From positions 90,229-154,228 of the forward strand of contig CAZBND010000003.1 of NCBI GenBank assembly GCA_964493415.1: a DNA stretch of 64,000 nucleotides, written 5' to 3'. Position numbers and translations under genes: made by a program. How positions within the stretch are numbered: the first letter of the stretch is position 1; every line of letters begins with the position of its first letter. This document shows, in pieces, positions 45,442 to 55,458 of this stretch. The DNA comes from an uncultured Planctomycetota bacterium (GTDB taxonomy: Bacteria > Planctomycetota > DG-23 > CAZBND01). Below the pieces are notes generated by a model. It had not been told where the DNA came from, made no database searches, and saw nothing but the letters and a program-made list of their open reading frames with translations.

Positions 45442-47361
45442 ATGCCCAAGATTATCGGGATTGACCTGGGGACGACTAATTCCGCCGTAGCAGTGATGGA
45501 GGGAGGCAAGCCCGCGATAATATCTAATCCTGAAGGCGGGAGGTTGACACCCTCGGTAGCTGCCTTTACCGACAAGGGCGAAAGGCTGGTGGGGCAGATT
45601 GCCAAGCGCCAGGCTGTCACCAATCCAAAGCGAACCGTATTCTCGATAAAGAGATTCATGGGCCGCCGCCACGGTGAGGTGACCCAAGAGGAGAGACTCG
45701 TTCCTTACGACATGGTAGGCAAGCCTGACGAGCCGGTGCAGGTAAAGATCGATTCGAAGGCATACACGCCGCAACAGATTTCCGCAATGATCCTTCAGTA
45801 CTTGAAGGAAGCCGCGGAGAAATACCTGGGCGAGAAGGTGGAGAAGGCGGTCATCACCGTCCCCGCTTACTTCAATGACAGTCAGCGTCAGGCCACCAAG
45901 GAAGCGGGCGAGATAGCCGGTCTCGAAGTGGTGCGGATTATCAACGAGCCGACTGCCTCCGCGCTCTCGTATGGTCTCGAGAAAAAGAAGAACGAAAAGA
46001 TAGCGGTTTATGACTTCGGCGGCGGCACCTTCGACATCTCTATTCTCGAAGTAGGAGAGGGCGTCTTCGAAGTCCTTTCCACCAGCGGCGACACGCACCT
46101 GGGCGGCGACGACATAGACAAGGAAGTCGTCGACTACATAGCAGAGGAATTCGCCAAAGAGCAGGGCATAGATCTGCGTCGGGACCAGATGGCCCTCCAG
46201 CGCCTTAAGGATGCGGCCGAGAAGGCCAAGTGCGAACTCTCGAGCTCCGTTGAGACCGAGGTTAACCTGCCTTTCATCACGGCTGACCAGAGCGGCCCAA
46301 AGCACCTGCAAATGAAAATATCCAGGGCCAAGTTGGAACAGTTGATGGAAGACCTCGTCGAGAGGACACGAACGCCGTGCAAGCAGGCTCTGGCCGACGC
46401 GAAGCTCTCGCCTTCAGATGTTGACGAGGTAATACTCGTCGGGGGCTCCACTCGGATCCCGATGGTTCAGAAGTTGGTTAAGGAGATTTTCGGCAAGGAC
46501 CCCAACCAGAGCGTCAATCCCGACGAGGCGGTTGCTCTGGGCGCAGCCATACAGGCAGGCGTCCTGGGTGGCGAGGTCGGTGAGGTGCTCCTGCTCGACG
46601 TTACGCCGCTTTCGCTAGGCATCGAGACGCTGGGCGGCGTGGCAACGAAAATCGTCGAGCGCAACACCACCATACCGGTCACCAGAAAGCAGATTTTCAC
46701 TACCGCCGAGGATAACCAACCCGCCGTCGAAGTCCACGTCGTCCAGGGAGAACGCGAAATGGCCTCCGACAACAGAACCCTCGGGCGGTTCCAACTGACC
46801 GGCATCCCTCCGGCTCCCAGAGGCGTTCCACAGATAGAGGTCTCCTTCGATATCGACGCCAACGGCATCCTTAATGTCTCCGCCAAGGACTTGGGAACCG
46901 GCAAGGAGCAGTCGATAACGATAAAGTCCTCCACGGGCCTATCATCTGAAGAGATCGAACGCATGAAGAGGGAGGCCGAGGAGCACTCTGAGGAGGACGC
47001 TAGGAAACGCGAGTTCATTGAATCCCGCAACCGTGCGGACCAGCTGGTATACGCCACCGAGAAGACCCTGAAAGAGCACGGCGGCAAAGTGGGAGAGGCC
47101 GACCGCAAGGCCGTTGAAGACGCTCTGGAGCGAGCCAAGAAAGCCGCCAAGGGCGACGACAAGAATGAAATCGACTCCGCCATGGACGCCCTAGTGCAGG
47201 CATCGCACAAGCTCTCTCAAATAATGTACCAGGAGGCTGCGCAGCAGGCGCAGGCTGCGGGCACGCCGGGAGGCCAAGGCCAAGCACGGCAGGGTGGCCG
47301 GCAGCCCCAGGGCGGGGCCGGCGACGAGGTGATAGACGCAGATTTCGAGGTGAAGGAATAG
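45442..47361 (+). CDS. dnaK: molecular chaperone DnaK (Hsp70)
   Basis: Unambiguous Hsp70 motifs ([34 protein letters not shown]). Confidence 0.95.
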   Translation: MPKIIGIDLGTTNSAVAVMEGGKPAIISNPEGGRLTPSVAAFTDKGERLVGQIAKRQAVTNPKRTVFSIKRFMGRRHGEVTQEERLVPYDMVGKPDEPVQVKIDSKAYTPQQISAMILQYLKEAAEKYLGEKVEKAVITVPAYFNDSQRQATKEAGEIAGLEVVRIINEPTASALSYGLEKKKNEKIAVYDFGGGTFDISILEVGEGVFEVLSTSGDTHLGGDDIDKEVVDYIAEEFAKEQGIDLRRDQMALQRLKDAAEKAKCELSSSVETEVNLPFITADQSGPKHLQMKISRAKLEQLMEDLVERTRTPCKQALADAKLSPSDVDEVILVGGSTRIPMVQKLVKEIFGKDPNQSVNPDEAVALGAAIQAGVLGGEVGEVLLLDVTPLSLGIETLGGVATKIVERNTTIPVTRKQIFTTAEDNQPAVEVHVVQGEREMASDNRTLGRFQLTGIPPAPRGVPQIEVSFDIDANGILNVSAKDLGTGKEQSITIKSSTGLSSEEIERMKREAEEHSEEDARKREFIESRNRADQLVYATEKTLKEHGGKVGEADRKAVEDALERAKKAAKGDDKNEIDSAMDALVQASHKLSQIMYQEAAQQAQAAGTPGGQGQARQGGRQPQGGAGDEVIDADFEVKE

Positions 47362-47389
47362 CCTCGGGTCGATATGCCCTTAACACAAA

Positions 47390-47434
47390 CCCCGCAGCCT
47401 TCCGCAAGTGTTGGGCTGCGGGGCGTCTTTTCTT
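47390..47434. terminator. bidirectional rho-independent terminator between dnaK and rpsT
   Basis: Perfect 10-bp GC-rich inverted repeat CCCCGCAGCC/GGCTGCGGGG with a T-run on both sides (CGTCTTTTCTT on +). Confidence 0.6.
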
Positions 47435-47449
47435 AGGCGGTCGTCTCTA

Positions 47450-47743
47450 CTATTCGGTCGCGTTAGCGGCCCCAGCCTCTCCGTTCAACCCCTCTATCTT
47501 CTTCGCCAGACGGGACTTGTGACGGGAAGCGGCGTTGCGGTGGATAACTCCCTTTCGTGCGGCCTGATCCAGCTTCTTGTACGCCGCCGCGAGTTCCGCT
47601 TTGGCGCGAGCCCCGTCTTTTTCCTCTGCCGCGGCGCTCACCTTCTTCATCTGAGTCTTCACCGCCGAGGATACCCTCCGGTTGCGGAGTCGACGCCTCG
47701 CATCCTGCCTGAGACGCTTCTTCGCGGATCTGGTTTGCGGCAT
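47450..47743 (-). CDS. rpsT: 30S ribosomal protein S20
   Basis: Basic helical protein with S20 pattern (RSAKKRLRQ..., HKSRL). Confidence 0.8.
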   Translation of the reverse strand: MPQTRSAKKRLRQDARRRLRNRRVSSAVKTQMKKVSAAAEEKDGARAKAELAAAYKKLDQAARKGVIHRNAASRHKSRLAKKIEGLNGEAGAANATE

Positions 47744-49114
47744 CTAACTTTCCTCCAATTTCAGGTTTTCGCCGTCCCCCTCGTGTACGATCCCAAGCTC
47801 CTCCATCTTATCACCCACATCCCGGTACTGTATGTCTGCTTCGTAAACCTTCAGATAGAACTCCCTGGCGGTCTTCTTGTCGTCCATCAGCTCGTAGGTT
47901 CGCCCCAGCCAGTAATTCAACCTCTTGGCCGTCTCACCAATGGAGGACTCCTTCGAAGCGGCCAACGCCTTCTTGAATTGGTCCGCCGCCAGTTCGTATA
48001 TCCGCTTGCGGATGAAGCATAACCCCATCATCTCGTAAGACTTGGTTGCGAGCTTTGCGCTCTTCACCGAGCGCTGGAATTGCGAAGTCGCCTTGTCTGT
48101 CTGCCCCGCCTCGTAATAAAGCTCCCCTAACTTGAACGCGAGGTTCATATCCGTCGGGTAATGTTCCAGCTTTCGCTTGCACTCCTCGATCGCCAGCGCA
48201 TTATACTTCCCTTTGACCCGCTTCAGGCGCTCCTTGGCGCCCTCGTTCGCAGGCGACTTCTTCAACTCTTCTTCCCATCTCTTTATCTCGTCTTCATACT
48301 CTCGCAGGCGCAGCTCCCCGAGGCGGCTTTTCAGCTCAAAGTCTCCCCCGTGCTTGGAAATGAAACCCTCAAGCGCCGATGCCGCCTCCGAGTGCTTCCT
48401 CTCGCCCATCAGGACGCCCACCATTCTGAGAAGGACGTCCTTGTCGTCCGGGCTGGCCGCCAGCTCCTTCTTCAGCACCTCCGACGCACTCTTCGGCTCT
48501 TTCGCAGCCTCGGGCTCCCCTCCCTCTTTTGGCGTCTCCACCAGTTCCTTTTCGGCCCAGCCGTCCATGGACTTCTCCGCCGAGAGGTCCCTGACCGCCT
48601 TTCTGGCCTCATCGTCGTCCGGCTTCACCCGGAGGAGAGCCTGGTAGGTTTCTATCGCCTTAGATACGTCTCCCACCTCGCGGTACGCGCCGGCGAGGCT
48701 TCTCAGGGTCGGTTCGCTCTTGGAATTCTCTTCCAGGGCCACGTGGTACGAAAAAATGGCCACATCCGGATAGCCCGCTTCCTCGGCGGCCTGTGCCAGG
48801 GTCACATTCAGCGCCAGACTCAAAGGGTTACTCGCCAGCATCCTTTCGCACTTGCGGATGATGGTCTCGTGCTTGCGCATCATCTTCAGAAAGGCTAGGT
48901 GGACCATGCCCGGCAAGGATAACAACGGTTCCAGCAGCGAACCCTTCTTCCCCTTGCGTCGCTGCATCTCTGCGGCCCTGAGTTCCTTTCTCGCGTCAAC
49001 GTCACCCGGGTTGTTTGCCAGGTACTGAAGGTAGAGCTTCAGAGCGTATTCGAAATTGTTCTTCCGGAGCGCTTCCTGACCTCTTTCGCGGAGCGTCCTT
49101 TGACCCCTAGCCAT
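47744..49114 (-). CDS. TPR-repeat protein
   Basis: Multiple TPR repeats across 456 aa; cytoplasmic. Confidence 0.6.
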   Translation of the reverse strand: MARGQRTLRERGQEALRKNNFEYALKLYLQYLANNPGDVDARKELRAAEMQRRKGKKGSLLEPLLSLPGMVHLAFLKMMRKHETIIRKCERMLASNPLSLALNVTLAQAAEEAGYPDVAIFSYHVALEENSKSEPTLRSLAGAYREVGDVSKAIETYQALLRVKPDDDEARKAVRDLSAEKSMDGWAEKELVETPKEGGEPEAAKEPKSASEVLKKELAASPDDKDVLLRMVGVLMGERKHSEAASALEGFISKHGGDFELKSRLGELRLREYEDEIKRWEEELKKSPANEGAKERLKRVKGKYNALAIEECKRKLEHYPTDMNLAFKLGELYYEAGQTDKATSQFQRSVKSAKLATKSYEMMGLCFIRKRIYELAADQFKKALAASKESSIGETAKRLNYWLGRTYELMDDKKTAREFYLKVYEADIQYRDVGDKMEELGIVHEGDGENLKLEES

Positions 49115-49337
49115 GATGTCTCGCGAATTCCTCCAAATCTCACACTGCGGCGCTGCCGATCCCCATAGAAACCACCATCATACCCCGGCCCTTCTAGGCT
49201 GTCAAGAATCCAAGCAGCGGCGGACGAACAAAGCTTGAATGCTGGAAAAAGCCGAACCGGTGCGCCATGTCGCGCATTAGTATATGTGGCAAGCGGTTCC
49301 GGCCGGATCGCGCCGAAAGTGCCGAGGAGCTGCGAGG

Positions 49338-49904
49338 ATGACCACGGGGCGAGCTGGAAAAGAGCGGCAGTACGAGCGGCTTGCACGGCGCTTCTATGCG
49401 CGAATCTACAGCTACCTGCGGTGGCTGTGCCGTGACCAACACCTTGCTGAGGACCTGACCCAGCAGACCTTCGTTCAAATCTGGCGCCATCCGCCTCAAC
49501 CGCGCGGAGACAGGCCGCTCAGGGCGTGGGTATATAGGATAGCTCGAAACGAGTTCCTCCAGCATCGAAGAGGAGCGGGCTTTGAGACGATCACTCTTGG
49601 TGACCACGACGATGCTTACGAGGGTCACGGCGACTGTCCCGATCCGCAAATCAGGCTGGAACAGAAGGAGCTGTGCCAAGCAGTGCAGAGTGCGTTGCAC
49701 AGACTGCCTGAGCTTTACCGGGAGGTGATCGTACTCCACAACATGGAGAGCCTGCCGCTGAGCGGGGTGGCTCAAGTGCTGGGAGTCCCGGAAGGGACGG
49801 TCAAGTCCCGGCGCGCCAAGGCCTTCGCGCTGCTCCGTAACATGTTGGCCGACGAAGTGGACCCCAAACCTATGCGGTCGAGTTCATCGCCGGAGGTTGG
49901 ATAG
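49338..49904 (+). CDS. ECF-type RNA polymerase sigma factor
   Basis: Sigma-70 region 2 (LAEDLTQQTFVQIW) and region 4 (LSGVAQVLGVPEGTVKSR). ATG at 49338 after GAGGAG. Confidence 0.8.
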   Translation: MTTGRAGKERQYERLARRFYARIYSYLRWLCRDQHLAEDLTQQTFVQIWRHPPQPRGDRPLRAWVYRIARNEFLQHRRGAGFETITLGDHDDAYEGHGDCPDPQIRLEQKELCQAVQSALHRLPELYREVIVLHNMESLPLSGVAQVLGVPEGTVKSRRAKAFALLRNMLADEVDPKPMRSSSSPEVG

Positions 49905-50976
49905 GATGAAATGTAGCCAGGTACGAGAAGTCTTGCAGGATGGCCGCGGATGGCTCCGCCTGATTCCCGTATGTCCGCACTTGGTCTTGTGCCGGCAGTG
50001 CAGGTCTGCTGCCCGGTACTTGCTGAAGGTTCAGCAGGCTTTGCGGGAATCGGGCCGCTTCGCACCTCCTGCGGATCTCTTGCCCAACATTCTGGCCGTG
50101 CCACAGTATGAACCCCATATCGAGACAAAAAATAAGGAGCCTCGAAAAATGCGTCATTTCGCTTACGCAGGTATTGCCGTGCTGGTATTAGCAGTGGCCG
50201 CTGGCATTCTCATCTCTGGCAGAGGGGAAGTCCCCGATGCCATGTCGCTCCTTTCGAGTGTCGCTCAGGCCATGGAGAATGCGACTTCCATTCATATGGT
50301 CTCGCGAGGGCAGGCGATTGACCCCAACAGCCCGAGCGGCATGCGAATATCGTCCGACCGAGCGGAAGTCTGGCTGAGTGACCGTGCGATGTACATGCGG
50401 GAGATCGACCAGGATGGCACCTTGACATCGTTCTCTGTCGTTGACTTCGACAGCGGGGAGTTTTGCAGCTACCGCCGGGGGACGCTGTACGTGGCGGACA
50501 TCACGCCGGTGTATGACGGGGCATTGGGCGTGATAGCCGGGGCTCGCGATCTTTTTGTCGGCGGGCGTCTTAAGGCCATCCTGGCCAACGCGAGGGATGT
50601 CGAGGTTCTTTCGACGAATCGCACCCGCAATTCAACGGTCATTTCTTACGCATATCGCATACCTTCGGCACCGCCTCAGACCGGGCGCGTCGTGTTGGAG
50701 CTGGACCGCCGGACCAGCCGGCTATCGAGCATGCTTGCGTATGCTCAAGCTGAGGGAGCGGACGAGGAGTTGATCGCAGCAGTGGACCTGATCGAGTACG
50801 ATGTCCCACTTCCGCCTGTGAGTTCCTTCGCGGTGATTCCCGAGGGCACGGCGACCGTGCAAGCAGTCGTGTCAATCAAAGAGGAGATGGTTGAGGGGGT
50901 GGGCCGTGTCCGGGACTTGGACATGAAAGTGGGCGATACGCGGGTCTTCCACATGAGCGCGCTGGCCAAGGATTAA
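49897..50976 (+). CDS. anti-sigma factor with zf-HC2 zinc finger, single TM segment and extracytoplasmic domain
   Basis: N-terminal C-x23-H-x3-C-x2-C (zf-HC2) and a central hydrophobic helix. Overlaps the sigma factor stop. Confidence 0.7.
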   Translation: MDRMKCSQVREVLQDGRGWLRLIPVCPHLVLCRQCRSAARYLLKVQQALRESGRFAPPADLLPNILAVPQYEPHIETKNKEPRKMRHFAYAGIAVLVLAVAAGILISGRGEVPDAMSLLSSVAQAMENATSIHMVSRGQAIDPNSPSGMRISSDRAEVWLSDRAMYMREIDQDGTLTSFSVVDFDSGEFCSYRRGTLYVADITPVYDGALGVIAGARDLFVGGRLKAILANARDVEVLSTNRTRNSTVISYAYRIPSAPPQTGRVVLELDRRTSRLSSMLAYAQAEGADEELIAAVDLIEYDVPLPPVSSFAVIPEGTATVQAVVSIKEEMVEGVGRVRDLDMKVGDTRVFHMSALAKD

Positions 50977-50999
50977 CAGCCGCACGATCTGATGAAAGT

Positions 51000-51034
51000 G
51001 GGGGCGGCCCCGGGGGCCGCCCCCTTGCCTTTCC
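51000..51034 (+). terminator. rho-independent terminator candidate after the anti-sigma gene
   Basis: GGGGGCGGCC-CCGGG-GGCCGCCCCC perfect 10-bp stem followed by TTGCCTTTCC. Confidence 0.5.
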
Positions 51035-51145
51035 GGGCTCTCCGTTGTGGTGGCCCCGGATTGCCAACTACTCGGGGTGGTCCTCAACCGGAAACCCGTA
51101 TCCGGGAGTGTAGAGAAAGCGCCGCGTCGAAGTGACGGCAGGAAT

Positions 51146-51222
51146 TGGCGAGGGCGACGGGACTCGAACCCGCAACCACCAGATCGACAGTCTGGTACTC
51201 TAGCCGATTGAGCTACGCCCCC
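51146..51222 (-). tRNA. tRNA-Asp (anticodon GTC), CCA encoded
   Basis: Reverse complement GGGGGCGTAGCTCAATCGGCTAGAGTACCAGACTGTCGATCTGGTGGTTGCGGGTTCGAGTCCCGTCGCCCTCGCCA. Cloverleaf with anticodon loop CTGTCGA and a TTCGAGT T-loop. Confidence 0.85.
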
Positions 51223-51369
51223 GGGACCATCAGGCCAAGTATCCACTTATATCATTCGCCCGATTTCCTGTCAAGCGACCACGGAGCCCGCAGCCTCCTA
51301 CAAGAGCCGGAGCCGCCCGGCAAAGGCGGCTCCGCATGTCGTTCCTGCGCTTGCCCCGCGACCCTCAAA

Positions 51370-51873
51370 TCAGTCGTACTGCCCCTCTCTGGCCTTGACC
51401 GCACAGGTCCCCACTTGAGCTATGTGCTTCTTCTCCTCTTCGATGAGCGCGTTGATCTTCTCCTTCCCCCAGTCCTCCCGTGTCAGGTCCCTCGCCCATT
51501 CGAAGAAAAGTATCGAGTCCTTCTCAAACCGGAGAGCGAGGTCGAGAATCTCTTCAATCGTCTTCGCCTCGCCCAGCACTCGGTCAACGTCCTCCGAGGT
51601 CTTGAACACCTTCGAGTCCGCCAGCGACTGGAGATACAGCGATACGTCATCATCGTCCAGAGGGCTGGGGCTCGATGCCTCTGTCGGGAGTTTCTCTCTT
51701 AACTCCCTGAAGAGAGCTATGTGCTCCTTCTCCTGATCCGCGAGGCAGCCGAGCATGTCCCTCAGTTCGGTGTTGCTGGTGAACTCCATAGCCTTACGAT
51801 AGAAGCGGTCACCGTTGCGTTCTATCTCCTCGCCCATCTCGTACACTTCGGCCGCGTTAAAGAAAGCGGTCAT
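51370..51873 (-). CDS. rubrerythrin-like ferritin-like diiron protein (no rubredoxin domain)
   Basis: Ferritin-like four-helix E..H diiron motifs (EEIERNGDRFY, EKEHIALF, EKDSILFFE, EEEKKHI). Confidence 0.6.
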   Translation of the reverse strand: MTAFFNAAEVYEMGEEIERNGDRFYRKAMEFTSNTELRDMLGCLADQEKEHIALFRELREKLPTEASSPSPLDDDDVSLYLQSLADSKVFKTSEDVDRVLGEAKTIEEILDLALRFEKDSILFFEWARDLTREDWGKEKINALIEEEKKHIAQVGTCAVKAREGQYD

Positions 51874-51933
51874 CCGGATTCCTCCTTCTGCCTCTTCGGC
51901 TTGTCACTCCTGCCAGGCGTTCGCCTGCACGGC

Positions 51934-51957
51934 CGCGAATGCCCGACGACATTCGCG
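51934..51957. promoter_or_regulatory. palindromic operator candidate CGCGAATG-N8-CATTCGCG upstream of the rubrerythrin-like gene
   Basis: Perfect 8-bp inverted repeat with 8-nt spacer, plus a second palindrome CAGGCG-TT-CGCCTG at 51914-51927, in the 170-bp intergenic region. Confidence 0.3.
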
Positions 51958-52041
51958 CATCCTGATGCCGGTATTCAACAGCACCGGCGCGCGGGTGTCA
52001 ACTGCGCGGAGTCAAAGCCCGCGGCCAATAGGCTTTCTTGC

Positions 52042-52410
52042 CTATCCGACCTCCACCGCCTGATCGTTCTCCCACACCCCATGGAGGTTGCAGCTTTCGA
52101 AAGCCCGCAGCGTTCCGCTCTTTGCCAGGATAACGTTATAGGTGACCTTCGGCTCAGTGCTCACTCCCGTAAGGTCCGTCCTGGCCAAAAAGCTCTTGTC
52201 GAAATAGAGGTCGATGAACTCGATGTGATGACCGTGCTCATTGGGGTGCGCCAGCAGCTTTCCCACGTGAACTGTAATGGGAGCGGGCTTCCCCGCCGGG
52301 ACCGTCTCGGGCACCTCGATTACGGGTATGTGCTTCTTCTCCAGATCGGTCGGATTCTCGGGATCCGCCGGCCTGTTCACACCGGCGAACAGGTCCTTTG
52401 CCTCCGGCAT
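52042..52410 (-). CDS. superoxide reductase (neelaredoxin/desulfoferrodoxin centre II type)
   Basis: SOR ligand pattern (PVIE, HPNEHGHHIEF, CNLHGVWE). 122 aa. Confidence 0.8.
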   Translation of the reverse strand: MPEAKDLFAGVNRPADPENPTDLEKKHIPVIEVPETVPAGKPAPITVHVGKLLAHPNEHGHHIEFIDLYFDKSFLARTDLTGVSTEPKVTYNVILAKSGTLRAFESCNLHGVWENDQAVEVG

Positions 52411-52411
52411 C

Positions 52412-53347
52412 CTACGCCTCCTTTCGATACTTCAGGAAGTCGGTGGCTGCGAGAGCCGCCTTGGCTCCCTCCCCGGCAGCCACGACTATTTGCTTGTGCG
52501 GAATGCTTGTAACGTCGCCCGCCGCGAACACGCCGGGCACGCTTGTCTCACAGTTGCAGTCAACTATGATCTCGGCCTTCTCATTCAGCTCCAGCAAACC
52601 CGCTACCAATTCCGTGTTCGGAACCCAGCCCACTTCTATGAAGATTCCTTCGAGCGCCATGTTCTTCTCATCCCCGCCCTCCCTCTTGGCGACCGTCATG
52701 CTCGAAACCTTATCCTCGCCCTCGATCCTGGTCACGCCGTATCCCTCGAGGATGTTCAGGTTGGGCCTTCCTTTCAGCCGGTCAAGCAGAATCTGGTCGG
52801 CGGTTATCTCGTACGTGATTATGTGCACTTTTCGCGCGATCCTGAGCAGGTCCAAGGCAGAGCCGATGGCCGTATTCCCCGCGCCGATCACGGCCACGTC
52901 CTTTCCCTTGAAGAACGGCGCATCACACGTTGCGCAATAGCTTACGCCTCGGCCCACCAACTTGGCCTCGTTCGGCACGCCCAGTCTCTTGGGCCTTTTG
53001 CCCGTAGTCACTATCACCGACTTCGACCGCAGCATCTCGCTCTCTTCCACGTCCACGGCGAAATTCCTCCCTTGGGCGGAGACTTTCGATGCCGTCTTTC
53101 CTATGAGCTGATCGATCGGGTACTCTTGCACCTGCTCCTGGAACTTCTCTATCAAGCCGTCGCCGGAGACCATGTGGAAGCCCATGTAATTCTCGATGCG
53201 GCTCGTCCAAACTACCTGCCCGCCGATGAATTTCGTGACCAGCGCCGTTTCCAGTCCTTTTCTGGCAGCGTAGATGGCCGCACTAAGCCCCGCAGGCCCG
53301 CCCCCTACGATCACCACCTCGTAGAGTTTCGGCTCACCGTCTTGCAT
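52412..53347 (-). CDS. trxB: thioredoxin-disulfide reductase
   Basis: GGGPAG FAD fold, redox-active CATC, GAGNTA NADPH site. ATG at 53347 with an AGGAG RBS; the ORF opens two codons earlier at TTG. Confidence 0.9.
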   Translation of the reverse strand: MQDGEPKLYEVVIVGGGPAGLSAAIYAARKGLETALVTKFIGGQVVWTSRIENYMGFHMVSGDGLIEKFQEQVQEYPIDQLIGKTASKVSAQGRNFAVDVEESEMLRSKSVIVTTGKRPKRLGVPNEAKLVGRGVSYCATCDAPFFKGKDVAVIGAGNTAIGSALDLLRIARKVHIITYEITADQILLDRLKGRPNLNILEGYGVTRIEGEDKVSSMTVAKREGGDEKNMALEGIFIEVGWVPNTELVAGLLELNEKAEIIVDCNCETSVPGVFAAGDVTSIPHKQIVVAAGEGAKAALAATDFLKYRKEA

Positions 53348-53458
53348 GACCAACTCCTAGGTTCCTCGTGTGTTCTCCCGCTTCGAAACCGGGCGGAAAC
53401 GGCCACGCTGCCGGCATAGATCGCGACCAGCAACCCTACCGGCTGCCTTGCCGGCGGC

Positions 53459-53791
53459 TCACGGCAGGGCTTTTTCGAGAGCCTCCGACAACTCCTTTTC
53501 CGGTCGCACACCTACGAACCGTTGCACCTCGGTGCCGCCTTTGAACAGTATGAGCGTAGGTATGCTCATCACCCCGTACTTGGATGCCGATCCCGGGTTC
53601 TCGTCGACGTTCAACTTAGCGACCAGCGCGCGCCCGTCGAATTTCTCTGCCACGCTTTCTACGGTCGGACCCTGGATGAGGCAAGGACCGCACCAGGGCG
53701 CCCAAAAATCCACCAAAGCGGGTTCTGCGGCCTTGAGAACCTTTTCCTCGAAGTCCGCGTCGGTTACCACCAACGCCTTCCCTTCGCTCAT
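53459..53791 (-). CDS. trxA: thioredoxin
   Basis: WCGPC active site, 110 aa. Confidence 0.9.
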   Translation of the reverse strand: MSEGKALVVTDADFEEKVLKAAEPALVDFWAPWCGPCLIQGPTVESVAEKFDGRALVAKLNVDENPGSASKYGVMSIPTLILFKGGTEVQRFVGVRPEKELSEALEKALP

Positions 53792-53817
53792 CTAACGCTC
53801 CCTTCATTTAAGGATTC

Positions 53818-53844
53818 ATTATAGCAAGTTGCGTGCCCGCCCAA
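53818..53844 (-). promoter_or_regulatory. extended -10 promoter candidate for trxA (TTGGGC-15nt-TGcTATAAT on minus strand)
   Basis: Reverse-complement read gives TTGGGC, a 15-nt spacer, then TGCTATAAT about 20 nt upstream of the GAAGGGA RBS and trxA ATG. Confidence 0.4.
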
Positions 53845-53972
53845 TTTGATCTTGAAAAGGTACTCCAATCCTCGAATTACCCCACAGCTGCGTCTGAGAT
53901 TTCGCAAACTTGCCAATGCAGAAGTGTGGTTTGATAAATGTTTGACACTTCCAGCCGGGGCGGTCGATGCCC

Positions 53973-55289
53973 CTATGAATGCTCGCCTGCGTACTTCTCG
54001 AGCAGATCCGCCATCTGGCTCGCTTTGCGCTTTTCCTGTCCGAAAAGATTTTTCTTCTCCTCGGGGTCGCGCTTGAGGTCGTACAACGCAGGCTTGCCGT
54101 CAGGCGCTTCGGTTATGTAGAGCCAGCTCAGATTGCGAATCGCGGCGAATTGCTGGCAGCCGGTTACTGCGTAGCCCCGCACCTTTCGCGCCTCGCCCCT
54201 TATCAGAGGCATCAGGTCGATTCCATTCATCGACTCGGGCGGCTTTACCTCGAGCGCAGAGAGAAGCGTCGGCGTGAGGTCGTGGTCCTGCACGAGGGCA
54301 TTGACGCGCCTGCCTCCGTACTCGCCCCCTGGGAACCGGATCATCATCACCAGCTTCGTCAGAATCGAGTGCAGGTCCCGTGGGGCCTTTTTCACCACGC
54401 CGTGCTCGCCGATTGGATGGCCGTGATCCGATATCACGGCAAACACGCTGTTGTCGAACACCCCCATGTCCTTGCATCTGTCGATGAACAGTCCCAGCCA
54501 GCGGTCAACCATCGTCACCTCGCCGGCGTACAGGGCCTTGACGTGCTTCAGCTCACGGGCGGTCATCCACTTGCGGGGGTCGCCACCGGGCGGGTCGATT
54601 ATCACTCGCCCCTTGTATCCGGGATCGTAGAGGTCAACGTAGTACTGCGGCGGATTCCACGGCTCGTGTGGGTCGAACGAGTCCACGAGCATGAAGAACT
54701 TGTCGTGCGTGTGGTTCTCCTCGATCCAGTCCATCGCCTCCTGGAACACCTGCGGCGCAAAGCGGTCGGACTCAGACTGCCAGTGGGCCGTGTTCTGGAA
54801 TATGTCCTTCAGACGCGCAGTCGGCCGCTCGGCACCGCGAGGGAGGAGATGGCTATAGTCTCTCGTCAGCGGCGCTGTCGAGTAGGCGTCGCGCTCTTGC
54901 CCCCTTATCCATCGCCAACACATGAAGCCTCGGTGGAAGTTCATAGAAGGCTTGAACATGTGATAGGTATCCGTGATGAAGGAAGTGACGTACCCCTTGT
55001 CGCAGAGCAACTCCGAGATTATTACGTCGTCGTCCGCGAGCGGCTCCCAGCCGAGCCACCGAGGATGCGGGCCTACGGGGGGCTTGAACTCCTTGAAAGG
55101 GAACACCGTGTGCCCGGTCCACAGGGCGCGCCTCACCGGTATCGTAGGCAGGGATTCCGGATAGGCTTGGGTGAAAACGACGCTCTCTTTGGCCAGCGCG
55201 TCCAGGTTTGGCGTCCGTATCCACTTGTTGCCGTAGCACCCCACGTGGTCGGCTCTCAGGCTGTCAATGACCACCAGAATAAGGTTCAT
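53973..55289 (-). CDS. sulfatase-like hydrolase (alkaline phosphatase superfamily; non-canonical formylglycine motif)
   Basis: N-terminal LILVVIDSLRADHVGCYG metal-site motif and TPNLDALA. No signal peptide. The expected C/S-x-P-x-R motif is degenerate (SLPTIPVRR). Confidence 0.7.
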   Translation of the reverse strand: MNLILVVIDSLRADHVGCYGNKWIRTPNLDALAKESVVFTQAYPESLPTIPVRRALWTGHTVFPFKEFKPPVGPHPRWLGWEPLADDDVIISELLCDKGYVTSFITDTYHMFKPSMNFHRGFMCWRWIRGQERDAYSTAPLTRDYSHLLPRGAERPTARLKDIFQNTAHWQSESDRFAPQVFQEAMDWIEENHTHDKFFMLVDSFDPHEPWNPPQYYVDLYDPGYKGRVIIDPPGGDPRKWMTARELKHVKALYAGEVTMVDRWLGLFIDRCKDMGVFDNSVFAVISDHGHPIGEHGVVKKAPRDLHSILTKLVMMIRFPGGEYGGRRVNALVQDHDLTPTLLSALEVKPPESMNGIDLMPLIRGEARKVRGYAVTGCQQFAAIRNLSWLYITEAPDGKPALYDLKRDPEEKKNLFGQEKRKASQMADLLEKYAGEHS

Positions 55290-55458
55290 TCGTTCCTCCT
55301 GCTGCTCTTGAAGCGCGGCGCGTGCCTAAAGTGCTAGTATACTTGCTGCTTCGCTCCGCGCAACCCAAACAATCCTCTCCGGTTGACCCCGTGGGCGAGC
55401 AAGGCTATCATACCCCCTCAAACTGGCCGGATGTCCAAGCCCTTCCGGGTGCTCGTAC

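Noticed and set aside
50872-51246. 124-codon - strand ORF
   Set aside because: Covers the tRNA-Asp gene at 51146-51222; the tRNA cloverleaf is well formed with encoded CCA.
53979-55337. 452-codon + strand ORF
   Set aside because: Runs entirely antisense to the sulfatase-like gene, which has clear family motifs. The protein is Arg/His-rich low-complexity, typical of antisense frames in high-GC DNA.
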